A stretch of DNA of 64,000 nucleotides. Origin: a virus. Shown here piece by piece: positions 56,106 through 64,000 of this stretch. The position numbers were made by a program, and so were the translations under genes. Position 1 is the stretch's first letter. Each line of letters starts with the position of its first letter. Under the pieces are notes generated by a model. That model was not told where the DNA came from. It made no database searches and was given only the letters and a program-made list of their open reading frames with translations. The stretch covers positions 32,001 through 96,000 of IMG/VR virus record IMGVR_UViG_3300021181_000006. One strand, given 5' to 3'.

Positions 56106-57042
56106 GATCCTGACTCTCCCTACTCGGGAGAGTCAGCCCAATATGCAGCATGGCGTGTATGTTATTGGACTTGGTGGAATCGGATCCTGGCTCGTTGAGC
56201 CAGTGATGCGGTTCCTCCATTCCAAGAAGATGCTCGATCATACTGATATCATTCTGGTTGATGGCGATAAATACGAAGCAAGTAATCGTAATCGTCAAAT
56301 CGTTCATCCTAAGCTGATTGGTATGAATAAAGCGGATGCGACTGCGCAACGCATGCGTTCATACTTCCCAGAGTCATCCATTATCGCAGTGCCTCAATTT
56401 ATCTCAACAAAGCATGGGTCCTATTTCAAACAGTATCCTGCCAGGACCTGGATCCTCTCATGCTCAGATAATAATGTGTGTCGTCTCCATCTCAGTCAGA
56501 TTGCTGATGGCATGGATAATGTCACATTATTAACTGGTGGTAATGAGATGACTGATGGCAATTCTCATCTCTTTCATCGTACTGCTCGTAGCCATCAGAA
56601 TGAGACCTTACTGAAGAAGCATCCTGAGATTGCAGAAGCAAACGATGGTGATCGTTCAGCAATGTCATGTGAACAGCTTGCAGCATTACCTAGTGGTGGG
56701 CAGATTATTGTCACCAACTTTGTTTGCGCATCCACTATGTTAATGCATTTTTATCAATCCTGGGAAGCATATGCCAACCACAAGATCCCCGACTACAACG
56801 AATCATTCTTTGATATCAACAAATGCGCTTTCAACAGCATCGAAACTCGCTCCAGATCACGCGAGCAAGAACGTAGTCCAACAGAGCGAAACATTAGAGC
56901 GCGAGTCAATCTCTCAGAAGTCACAGCAGCCAGCGCAGAGCTTGTCTTCAATACCACCGAAGAGCCACCTCGGGTCCGAGATCGAGATCGAGGAGGAGGC
57001 GCTGGTCCTGCAGTTCCCGGACCAGAAGTTGAGGCTCGATAG
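56089..57042 (+). CDS. E1-like ThiF-family activating enzyme
   Basis: VIGLGGIGS, VDGD...SNRNRQ, NKA, SCSDN, TGGN; candidate thioester Cys in SCEQ. Confidence 0.9.
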   Translation: MAESSEILTLPTRESQPNMQHGVYVIGLGGIGSWLVEPVMRFLHSKKMLDHTDIILVDGDKYEASNRNRQIVHPKLIGMNKADATAQRMRSYFPESSIIAVPQFISTKHGSYFKQYPARTWILSCSDNNVCRLHLSQIADGMDNVTLLTGGNEMTDGNSHLFHRTARSHQNETLLKKHPEIAEANDGDRSAMSCEQLAALPSGGQIIVTNFVCASTMLMHFYQSWEAYANHKIPDYNESFFDINKCAFNSIETRSRSREQERSPTERNIRARVNLSEVTAASAELVFNTTEEPPRVRDRDRGGGAGPAVPGPEVEAR

Positions 57043-57043
57043 G

Positions 57044-57385
57044 ATGAGCAACTGGCCTATTGTCGATATGACCGACAATAGGATCATTTATGGATATGTA
57101 AATATTGATGAATGGTATGCAAATCCTGATGAATTATCGTGTATTCCTCTACCATGTGGTGATAAGTGGTTAGAAATTACTCCAGATATGACATCTGGAG
57201 TATATCTGGCAGAGATGCAGGACTGTCTCGCTGAAGAGCGCGATTATCCAAGAGTCTGCGTGGAATGCGGAACGCTCATTTCTGAGTGTTCAGTCCATAC
57301 CACGCAAGAATGTCCTTCGTGCCGTCAGGAACCAGAACAAGTATTTCCACTCCATGAACTGCTGTCAACACCAAGAGGTCCATAA
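57044..57385 (+). CDS. Cys/His-rich Zn-binding protein
   Basis: CVEC...CSVH...CPSC; ATG at 57044 right after the E1 stop. Confidence 0.65.
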   Translation: MSNWPIVDMTDNRIIYGYVNIDEWYANPDELSCIPLPCGDKWLEITPDMTSGVYLAEMQDCLAEERDYPRVCVECGTLISECSVHTTQECPSCRQEPEQVFPLHELLSTPRGP

Positions 57386-58563
57386 TGTGGCGATATGCCA
57401 TACAACCAGAGCTGGAAGACGCTACTATTTTTAATCAGAAGTTAGCTTCAGTGACAAGTAATCCTGAGACTGACTTTGTTCTTTCTAAATCTTCATGGTC
57501 AGAACGTAGAATGCGTGTGTTGAACGCGTATTTCACCACCAAGTACTTTGGATTGGATGTAAAACTCCTGACCACCATGATCTCAGAATCATGTGGATGG
57601 GATACGAAATGCTTAGTGAAAATATTTGATAGATTTGCTGCTGTCGATATTAAGCCTATTTCACTCTATTTCGATTATCGAGAAGAGTGTAGGGCATGCA
57701 TGCGTTGTCAGAATAGCCATTATATGCTGTCTCCATGGACTATGTGGGTAGGAATTAATTCCGCTCACCTTCCAGAGTCTCAGGGATGTAGAGGTGAATG
57801 GAGTAGTAATTATCCTGGCGTCACTGGTCAGGTGACCTCAGCAAGTAGAAATAGAACACTTATCGGTGGTGATCGTGGAGAGCCATATCCGGTACTTACG
57901 TGGAGTTTTGTAAAACACGAAAATAAGTACCGAATGATCTTTAGCGCACCGATACCTGACGTGTATATGACGACTTTCACTGGTCAGAGGACTATAGAGT
58001 TCGATAACATACGCGATGTTAATCGCTTAATGGTCGGCCTCGTCTATTTTATGCTCAGACAGGGAAGCAGCGGTCCAGGGATCAATATTGGATTATTAGA
58101 TCAAGGTGGCTTCGCTGTTGATTTCTTCAAGTCCGACAAATGGCAGCAGTCGTTGAACAGTTTCGTTTCATCATTCAGTAACGAACTTGATGCTACTACG
58201 TTTGAACGAAAGACTCGTCTGACGGAGTTATCAGCTATTAAGATCGTTCAGGAAAACTATTCTGCTCTTATTACAGAATATACGAGCATTGGTGATTTCA
58301 TGACGGCTACCTTTCCTGGTAAGACGTATATCGAAGTCGCGTCACAATGCTTTAAGCAGAAGATTCCAGAAGCCGAGAAGGCAAAGGAAGTTACAGAAAC
58401 CGCTTTAACCGAAGCTGTTGCTGCAACACCTGCGAAGAAGACACGCAAGAAGAAAGCTGTTCTTACTGGTGTCGAAGAAGATGTAGCAGTTGAAGAAGAA
58501 TCTGTACCAACGGCTATTCGTGCTGAAGTGGCTGTAGTAGCTCCTGCTCCTCAACCAGCATAA
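57385..58563 (+). CDS. hypothetical protein with CxxCxxC motif and charged tail
   Basis: 392 aa; CRACMRC; last gene before a terminator. Confidence 0.7.
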   Translation: MWRYAIQPELEDATIFNQKLASVTSNPETDFVLSKSSWSERRMRVLNAYFTTKYFGLDVKLLTTMISESCGWDTKCLVKIFDRFAAVDIKPISLYFDYREECRACMRCQNSHYMLSPWTMWVGINSAHLPESQGCRGEWSSNYPGVTGQVTSASRNRTLIGGDRGEPYPVLTWSFVKHENKYRMIFSAPIPDVYMTTFTGQRTIEFDNIRDVNRLMVGLVYFMLRQGSSGPGINIGLLDQGGFAVDFFKSDKWQQSLNSFVSSFSNELDATTFERKTRLTELSAIKIVQENYSALITEYTSIGDFMTATFPGKTYIEVASQCFKQKIPEAEKAKEVTETALTEAVAATPAKKTRKKKAVLTGVEEDVAVEEESVPTAIRAEVAVVAPAPQPA

Positions 58564-58579
58564 CAATTCTTAGTGCACT

Positions 58580-58609
58580 AAGAATAGACCTGAAAGGGTC
58601 TATTCTTTT
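58580..58609 (+). terminator. intrinsic terminator closing the Ubl cassette
   Basis: 11-bp arms AAGAATAGACC/GGTCTATTCTT plus T residues. Confidence 0.7.
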
Positions 58610-58625
58610 AGCTAGTAAGTCGCTG

Positions 58626-58653
58626 TTGACCATCATGCCTGAACGGCTATGGT
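58626..58653 (+). promoter_or_regulatory. sigma-70-type promoter TTGACC-N16-TATGGT
   Basis: same spacing and GC-TAT junction as the 25569 promoter; precedes the nrd operon. Confidence 0.5.
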
Positions 58654-58672
58654 GTCTCTCACGAGGTGAGTC

Positions 58673-58840
58673 ATGAGTGAAGAGATGGAGAAGCACGCAG
58701 TCGTTGACTGTCCGAACTGCAAGTGCATTGATTACCTAAAGAAGTCAAAAGATTTATTTAAGTGTACAAACTGTGGATTAACGTTTGGAATTCCTGATGA
58801 GCCTAGGGGCCTGGTTTTTAATACTGGTACTGGCAAATAA
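58673..58840 (+). CDS. 55-aa Zn-ribbon protein (not in ORF track)
   Basis: hand-translated CPNC...CTNCG; GAGGTG RBS. Confidence 0.7.
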   Translation: MSEEMEKHAVVDCPNCKCIDYLKKSKDLFKCTNCGLTFGIPDEPRGLVFNTGTGK

Positions 58841-59096
58841 CGGGTTAGTAGAACTCCTTCATCACGGTAGAATATTTAAAGATATTAAACTGCGATTAAT
58901 CAGCATAAGCTGGTTAACTGGACTCAACTGCCCTTATTGCCTTTCATATAGGTCATCAGCACTTTTAGTGCTGATGACCTATCGGGAAACTCATCTCGGT
59001 TTACTTGGTATAACGATCTTAGCTCTAGCAACTGCTAGGGGATCAAATTTAGTCAATGACTACTTGGCGATCTATTCAAGAACGCCAAAGGCGTAG
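58785..59096 (+). CDS. membrane protein, DUF1360-like
   Basis: hydrophobic helices with GRIF...CPYC.S pattern. Confidence 0.55.
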   Translation: MEFLMSLGAWFLILVLANNGLVELLHHGRIFKDIKLRLISISWLTGLNCPYCLSYRSSALLVLMTYRETHLGLLGITILALATARGSNLVNDYLAIYSRTPKA

Positions 59097-59106
59097 AAAT
59101 ATATAT

Positions 59107-60069
59107 ATGACAAAATCAATTTTAGGTCATCGAACCACCTATAAACCATTTGACTATGATTGGACGTTTAAAGCGTTTCAGTCTCAAAATCAGAGCCATT
59201 GGATGGCCCAGGAAGTACCAATTGATAATGATATTAAAGACTTCCATTTTACTTTAACTCCAGCCGAGAAATCATTAGTCACACAAGTGCTGAGATTTTT
59301 TACGCAGGCTGATCTTGCCGTATCTGATAATTACATTAATAGACTTATGCATCATTTTCATCTTCCAGAAGTTAAGATGATGTTATCAGCATTTGCAGCA
59401 ATGGAATCTGTTCATGTAGATGCCTATGCATATCTTTCTGATAGTCTTAATCTAGATTCTAATAATGATTTTTATCAGTCTTTTGTAGACATTAAATCTA
59501 TGAAAGATAAAGATGATTATCTTAATAATATTGAGATTACAGATATAGCCTCATTAGCTAAGTGTTTAGCTATATTTGGTGGATTTGTTGAGGGAGTCCA
59601 GTTATTCAGTTCATTCGCTATTCTTAATAGTTTTCCTCGTAGAGGATTATTGAAAGGTGTTGGACAGATTATCACATGGTCTATTAGAGACGAGAGTTTA
59701 CATGCTCAGTGTATTACTAAACTTTTTAGAGAGATCATCTCCGAAAACCCATCATTATGGAATGATGAACTGAAAAAGAGTTTATACCAGGCATGTCGAG
59801 ATTGCGTTAAACTTGAAGACGCTTTTATTGATGCCTGTTTTGATATGGGCGATATCGAAGGTCTGACGGCAGCTAGCATAAAAAAGTATGTACGATATAT
59901 GGCTGATATCCGACTTGGCGATCTTGGCCTCAAGAGTAATTATCATATTAAGCAAAATCCATTACCGTGGCTTGATGTGTTAGTGAATGGACAAGAAATG
60001 CAAAATTTCTTTGAGGGTAGGTCTACTAACTACTCCAAAGGAACTATTATTAATGACCTTGTAAGATAA
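59107..60069 (+). CDS. nrdB: class Ia ribonucleotide reductase beta subunit
   Basis: FFTQAD, ESVHVDAY (radical Tyr), VEGVQLFSSF, DESLH, NFFE. Confidence 0.95.
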   Translation: MTKSILGHRTTYKPFDYDWTFKAFQSQNQSHWMAQEVPIDNDIKDFHFTLTPAEKSLVTQVLRFFTQADLAVSDNYINRLMHHFHLPEVKMMLSAFAAMESVHVDAYAYLSDSLNLDSNNDFYQSFVDIKSMKDKDDYLNNIEITDIASLAKCLAIFGGFVEGVQLFSSFAILNSFPRRGLLKGVGQIITWSIRDESLHAQCITKLFREIISENPSLWNDELKKSLYQACRDCVKLEDAFIDACFDMGDIEGLTAASIKKYVRYMADIRLGDLGLKSNYHIKQNPLPWLDVLVNGQEMQNFFEGRSTNYSKGTIINDLVR

Positions 60070-60090
60070 TCTTAGAAAGCACACCAAAGT

Positions 60091-62094
60091 ATGACCATTC
60101 TCGAATGCCTGGATCGACAAGACCTGATTGGTGCAAGAGACCTTTTATTAGCAGATATTAAAGAGCAGACAAAGTCGCTTAACTCGTGGGATAGTCCTCA
60201 GTATACCACGAGTAAAATCGTACAAGAGCATATTAAACTCGACTATAGTCGTGATGCTTTATTTACTTATTTCGGATTAGAGGTTATTAAAGATCGATAT
60301 TTTCTTCGCAATAAAGATCAAATTGTAGAAGACTGCCAGAAGTTCTGGGCGCGTATTGCTACTGGCGTAGCTTATGCAGGACTGAAGTCAGTTATTAAGC
60401 CTGGTGGCATTCAGTTGGTAAATCAGGGAATCTATGAAGTACACGACGTAGATCCATCAGGGAAACCAGTCCTGTTTCAGGATATAGTAACCTATGCACA
60501 AGAGTTATATGAGATTCTGTCGAAGCATTGGTTTACGTTGGCAACTCCTGTGCTCACGAATATCGGATCATCTCGTGGTTTACCTATTAGCTGCTTTCTC
60601 AATACTGTTTCTGATAGCATTGAAGGTATTTACGAGTCGTACTCAGAGAATGCGTTTCTATCGAAGGGAGGAGGAGGCATTGGCACTCATTGGGGCAATG
60701 TGCGGGGCAAAAATGCTCGACTTAGTACTGGTGGTAAGTCTTCTGGTATCATCCCTTTCCTTAAAGTCATGGATGCTTCTACTCTGGCTGTTAGTCAGGG
60801 TAATACCCGTCGAGGTGCTGCGGCAGTGTATCTTAATGTCTGGAACAGCGAGATTGAGGAGTTCATTGAGATACGTAAACCTACTGGGGGTGATCTGGAT
60901 CGTCGATGTCTCAATCTTCACCATGGCATTGTGGTGGACGATGCTTTCATGGTAGCGGTTGAGAACCGTACTTCCTATGCATTGCGCTGTCCTAAAACCA
61001 ATGAAGTAGTTAAAGAAATCGATGCTTTCGAGTTATTCCGTAATATCATGAAGGTCCGTATTGAGACTGGAGAGCCGTATATTCTCTTTATTGATGCAGT
61101 ATTGAAAGATACTCCAGTACATCATGTGGAGAAAAAATTATTTTGTCAGCAAAGTAATTTATGTTCTGAGATTACACTTCCAACGACAGTAGATCGCACT
61201 GCTGTCTGCTGCTTAGGATCATTGAATTTAGAGAACTACGATCAATGGAAAGATGATCCGAATATCATCTATACCGCTGTCCGTGCACTCGATAATGTTC
61301 TGCAAGATTTCATCTATAAAGCCGATGCACAGCAATATAAGAAGTCTATATTCTCAGCGACACAGGAACGATCTGTAGGGCTCGGTGTTATGGGGTACCA
61401 TGGCATGCTCATGCAGAAGGGTATTCCTTTTGAGTCTATTGGTGCACGATCACTCAATCGTCTCGTCTTTAAGAATATCCATACCAAAGCTAAGGCTGCT
61501 TCAGTGCGCCTTGGTCAGGAAAGAGGAGTCTGCCCAGATGGACTTGGAACTGTTTTTAACCAGCGCAATAGCTATGTCCTTTCTATTGCTCCAACAGCTA
61601 ATATCTCGGTTATTGCGGGAAACTCTACTCCGGGTATCGAACCGATTGTAGGACAATGCTACTTACAGAAAACATTATCAGGCTCTTTTCTGGTAAAAAA
61701 TAAGTACTTAGAACAGTATCTTGAATCTATCAATAAGAATACGGCAGAAACTTGGAAGGACATTATAGCCCACGGTGGGTCCATCTTACATCTTCCTTAT
61801 ATGGACGATAAAGCAAAGGCCGTATTCAAGACAGCATTCGAGATCAACCAACGAGAACTCGCCCATCAGGCTGGTGATCGACAACCATTTATTTGCCAAG
61901 CACAGTCGTTAAATCTGTTTTTCGACGTACCTGTATCCATGAAGTATCTTTATGATGTCCACATGGAAGCCTGGAAATCAGGCTGTAAGTCGCTGTATTA
62001 CCTGCGTAGCCAGCCTATCCTGAAGGCTGACTCGACGGAGCGCGAAGCAGTGCGTAAACAAATAGAAAATACAGAGTGTGCTGTTTGTCAATAA
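60091..62094 (+). CDS. nrdA: class Ia ribonucleotide reductase alpha subunit (no ATP cone)
   Basis: ATPVL, PISCF, SNLCSEI, VCCLGS, IAPTANIS, SLYYLR, C-terminal CAVC. Confidence 0.95.
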   Translation: MTILECLDRQDLIGARDLLLADIKEQTKSLNSWDSPQYTTSKIVQEHIKLDYSRDALFTYFGLEVIKDRYFLRNKDQIVEDCQKFWARIATGVAYAGLKSVIKPGGIQLVNQGIYEVHDVDPSGKPVLFQDIVTYAQELYEILSKHWFTLATPVLTNIGSSRGLPISCFLNTVSDSIEGIYESYSENAFLSKGGGGIGTHWGNVRGKNARLSTGGKSSGIIPFLKVMDASTLAVSQGNTRRGAAAVYLNVWNSEIEEFIEIRKPTGGDLDRRCLNLHHGIVVDDAFMVAVENRTSYALRCPKTNEVVKEIDAFELFRNIMKVRIETGEPYILFIDAVLKDTPVHHVEKKLFCQQSNLCSEITLPTTVDRTAVCCLGSLNLENYDQWKDDPNIIYTAVRALDNVLQDFIYKADAQQYKKSIFSATQERSVGLGVMGYHGMLMQKGIPFESIGARSLNRLVFKNIHTKAKAASVRLGQERGVCPDGLGTVFNQRNSYVLSIAPTANISVIAGNSTPGIEPIVGQCYLQKTLSGSFLVKNKYLEQYLESINKNTAETWKDIIAHGGSILHLPYMDDKAKAVFKTAFEINQRELAHQAGDRQPFICQAQSLNLFFDVPVSMKYLYDVHMEAWKSGCKSLYYLRSQPILKADSTEREAVRKQIENTECAVCQ

Positions 62095-62125
62095 TTATCC
62101 ATTAACACTCACCAAGGTTTAAAAC

Positions 62126-62497
62126 ATGCAACTCCGCATCCGCTCCGGCGCTGACACTTCCGACATTGCTCGGATGGGTGTCATCGCTACTCATGCTCGC
62201 AAGCTGGCCCGTTATGCGGCTCAGACTCGCAGCCCATCATTCACTCTGAGTCTCGATAGAAATGAATACAGCGTTACCGTCACTGACCGCGCTGTCATCA
62301 AGCCTGTCGCTACTGTGAAGAGAAAGTCGCCATCTGTCGGCACAGACTCTCTTGGAACCAGCGCAAAGAAGATCATGGCCGCTCTTGATTCGGGTAAGGC
62401 TGCTTATCGCAACCTCACCTCTGAACAACAGTCCATTGCTCGTTCAGAGCGCTCCAAGCGTTCAGCTCGTACCGCAGCCGCGAACAGGGGCTGGTAA
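62126..62497 (+). CDS. hypothetical basic protein
   Basis: 123 aa, Arg/Ala/Ser-rich, followed by a terminator. Confidence 0.65.
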   Translation: MQLRIRSGADTSDIARMGVIATHARKLARYAAQTRSPSFTLSLDRNEYSVTVTDRAVIKPVATVKRKSPSVGTDSLGTSAKKIMAALDSGKAAYRNLTSEQQSIARSERSKRSARTAAANRGW

Positions 62498-62503
62498 TAG
62501 TAC

Positions 62504-62536
62504 AAAACAGCCATGGTTATACCTGGCTGTTTTTTT
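62504..62536 (+). terminator. intrinsic terminator
   Basis: AAAACAGCCA/TGGCTGTTTT arms plus a T run. Confidence 0.7.
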
Positions 62537-62551
62537 AGATATAGGGAATAT

Positions 62552-62890
62552 ATGTCAAAAGTCGAAGAAATATCCGTCGAAGCGATGGAGATTAAGGTCA
62601 CTATCGCTAAAGGACAGGAATTCGTACAGGTTATGGCGAAGGCACTTATCGCTATGCTAGACGCACATAGAGCTGTAAATTACGTGGAAAGCCGCATAGA
62701 GACAGCAGAAGGTGTTCCATTATCAATTACTATACAACGGATTGTGGATGGGAAGTCTCCCCATGATCTTAGGTTAGAAGCTGAACGCCGTGTTCAGATT
62801 CTCACCCTTGAACTTGATGCCTGTCATAGTGTGATCAAAGACTTGCAGTCTGAATGCATCGTGGCAAGATCGCAGACGAATCAGGTATAA
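62552..62890 (+). CDS. hypothetical protein with coiled-coil C-terminus
   Basis: ATG at 62552 after AGGGA. Confidence 0.65.
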   Translation: MSKVEEISVEAMEIKVTIAKGQEFVQVMAKALIAMLDAHRAVNYVESRIETAEGVPLSITIQRIVDGKSPHDLRLEAERRVQILTLELDACHSVIKDLQSECIVARSQTNQV

Positions 62891-62955
62891 AACTCTTGGT
62901 GGTAGGCATCTTAACGATCCAAAGTAAAATCCTGCCAATTTAAAAAGGATAGCCA

Positions 62956-63630
62956 ATGGCTATTAAGCGTAAAGAAGTTGTTGTTGATGTCGTTCATAAT
63001 CAGATCCGCAATCTGGTTGCTCGTCATTTTGATGGAGCTATTTCCAAGAAGGGATATCTTCATATGAATGCTGATGCTCTCTTTTCAGAGGCTCGTGCAC
63101 TGACTGGATCAGTCGATGAAGCTGGTCGAGTCATGAAGATTCTCCGTGAACTGACCCCTGATCATTTGACCTTCGAGGTCTTTTCTGAAGGCGTCTATGA
63201 TGGTAATAACATTGTTATCTATCGTCGTGGAGATCGTCCTGACTATCAGAAGCCGAAGTTGAATAAGCTGACTAATGGGCAGATGGCAAGATTGGCGTTA
63301 GGTTTACTGTATCAATATCCAGTAAAGCCTAATACTCTATTTTGTCAGTATAAGGTTACTCGTGCTAATATTGCTTCAGCTCAGGCTATTGCTGATAGGG
63401 TTAAAAAAACTGGTTATACTTTTTCCGCATCAGCAATTAACCATGCATGGATTCCTGTTATCAGTGATGCTGGTGCTCAAGAGATTATTGCTATCTACTT
63501 GAGATCTGTCGATCATCTTGAGAAGCTATCGATATCTATGCCTAAGAAGGCTAAAGTGAAAGCTAGAGCCATCTATGTCGAAGGTCATTACACTGCTAAA
63601 CAGCTTAAATCGCTATTAGATTCAATGTAG
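62956..63630 (+). CDS. hypothetical protein
   Basis: 224 aa, AAGGA RBS, GGTATAA at 62884. Confidence 0.7.
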   Translation: MAIKRKEVVVDVVHNQIRNLVARHFDGAISKKGYLHMNADALFSEARALTGSVDEAGRVMKILRELTPDHLTFEVFSEGVYDGNNIVIYRRGDRPDYQKPKLNKLTNGQMARLALGLLYQYPVKPNTLFCQYKVTRANIASAQAIADRVKKTGYTFSASAINHAWIPVISDAGAQEIIAIYLRSVDHLEKLSISMPKKAKVKARAIYVEGHYTAKQLKSLLDSM

Positions 63631-63636
63631 CTATTA

Positions 63637-63678
63637 AAGCGCAAGTAGAGTAAAAAAACTACTTGCGCTTATTTTTTT
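63637..63678 (+). terminator. intrinsic terminator
   Basis: 12-bp arms AAGCGCAAGTAG/CTACTTGCGCTT plus T7. Confidence 0.75.
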
Positions 63679-63740
63679 ACTATTATGATTCCAACTATAA
63701 CAGCCAATACAGGCTGCAAACAATCCAAAGGATTTATCTC

Positions 63741-63989
63741 ATGGCTAAGTACGCTTCTAACAAGCAGATCGCAAGCAAGATGGCTTCGCGTGCTCTCAAT
63801 GGTGTTTTCGATACTCTCTCCGCTGATGCACTGAAGGCTGAGTTCGGCTTCCGTCGTCTGTCGGATGCTAAGGTCGCCAAGATTCAGGCAGTGGGCAATG
63901 CTCTCGTCGGCAAGATTCAGACTCGTCTGAACAAGCTGGCGGCTGGTCGTCAGCCCAAGGCTGCAGTTGCGACTGTTGTCGCAGTTTGA
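63741..63989 (+). CDS. small basic Ala/Lys-rich protein
   Basis: ATG at 63741 after AAGGA; 82 aa. Confidence 0.7.
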   Translation: MAKYASNKQIASKMASRALNGVFDTLSADALKAEFGFRRLSDAKVAKIQAVGNALVGKIQTRLNKLAAGRQPKAAVATVVAV

Positions 63990-64000
63990 TCATTCGTTGA

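Noticed and set aside
53275-57042. Thiamine or molybdopterin sulfur-transfer operon (ThiS/ThiF, MoaD/MoeB)
   Set aside because: An E2 with Cys and a JAB are present, while ThiG, MoaE, cysteine desulfurase and the ThiF Zn-binding CxxC pairs are absent.
57385-58563. Radical SAM enzyme
   Set aside because: Motif is CxxCxxC, not CxxxCxxC, and no TIM-barrel signatures are evident.
1-64000. Eukaryotic giant virus or archaeal origin (suggested by ubiquitin and MCM)
   Set aside because: Two sigma-70 factors, Shine-Dalgarno sites, DnaG and a contractile-tail baseplate indicate a bacteriophage.
1-64000. Alternative genetic code (stop-codon reassignment)
   Set aside because: Code 11 gives near-complete coding density with intact long genes such as nrdA, primase and baseplate proteins.

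Overview
64 kb fragment of a large tailed bacteriophage (myovirus-type, probably jumbo), read in genetic code 11. Positions 1-25057 are one minus-strand virion operon: tail assembly chaperone with a -1 frameshift, tape measure, tube-initiator-like and hub proteins, an embedded sigma-70 factor, gp25-like and two greatly enlarged baseplate wedge proteins, and a tail fibre. From about 25100 all credible genes are on the plus strand. These cover recombination and replication (Sak4-like ATPase, SSB, PD-(D/E)XK exonuclease, DnaG-MCM fusion, DinG-like and SNF2 helicases, VRR-NUC), nucleotide metabolism (dimeric dUTPase, dNMP kinase, NrdB/NrdA), an RNA ligase, a second sigma factor and arrays of small paralogous ORFs. 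The standout is a complete ubiquitin-like conjugation cassette (Ubl ending GTKG, E2, JAB, E1, plus Cys-rich neighbours) next to a MoxR AAA+/VWA pair. A 550-bp AT-rich, palindrome-dense non-coding region and seven small ORFs split that pair. No capsid, portal, terminase, sheath, DNA polymerase, tRNA or CRISPR array was recognised. All family calls are by motif recognition only; no searches were run.
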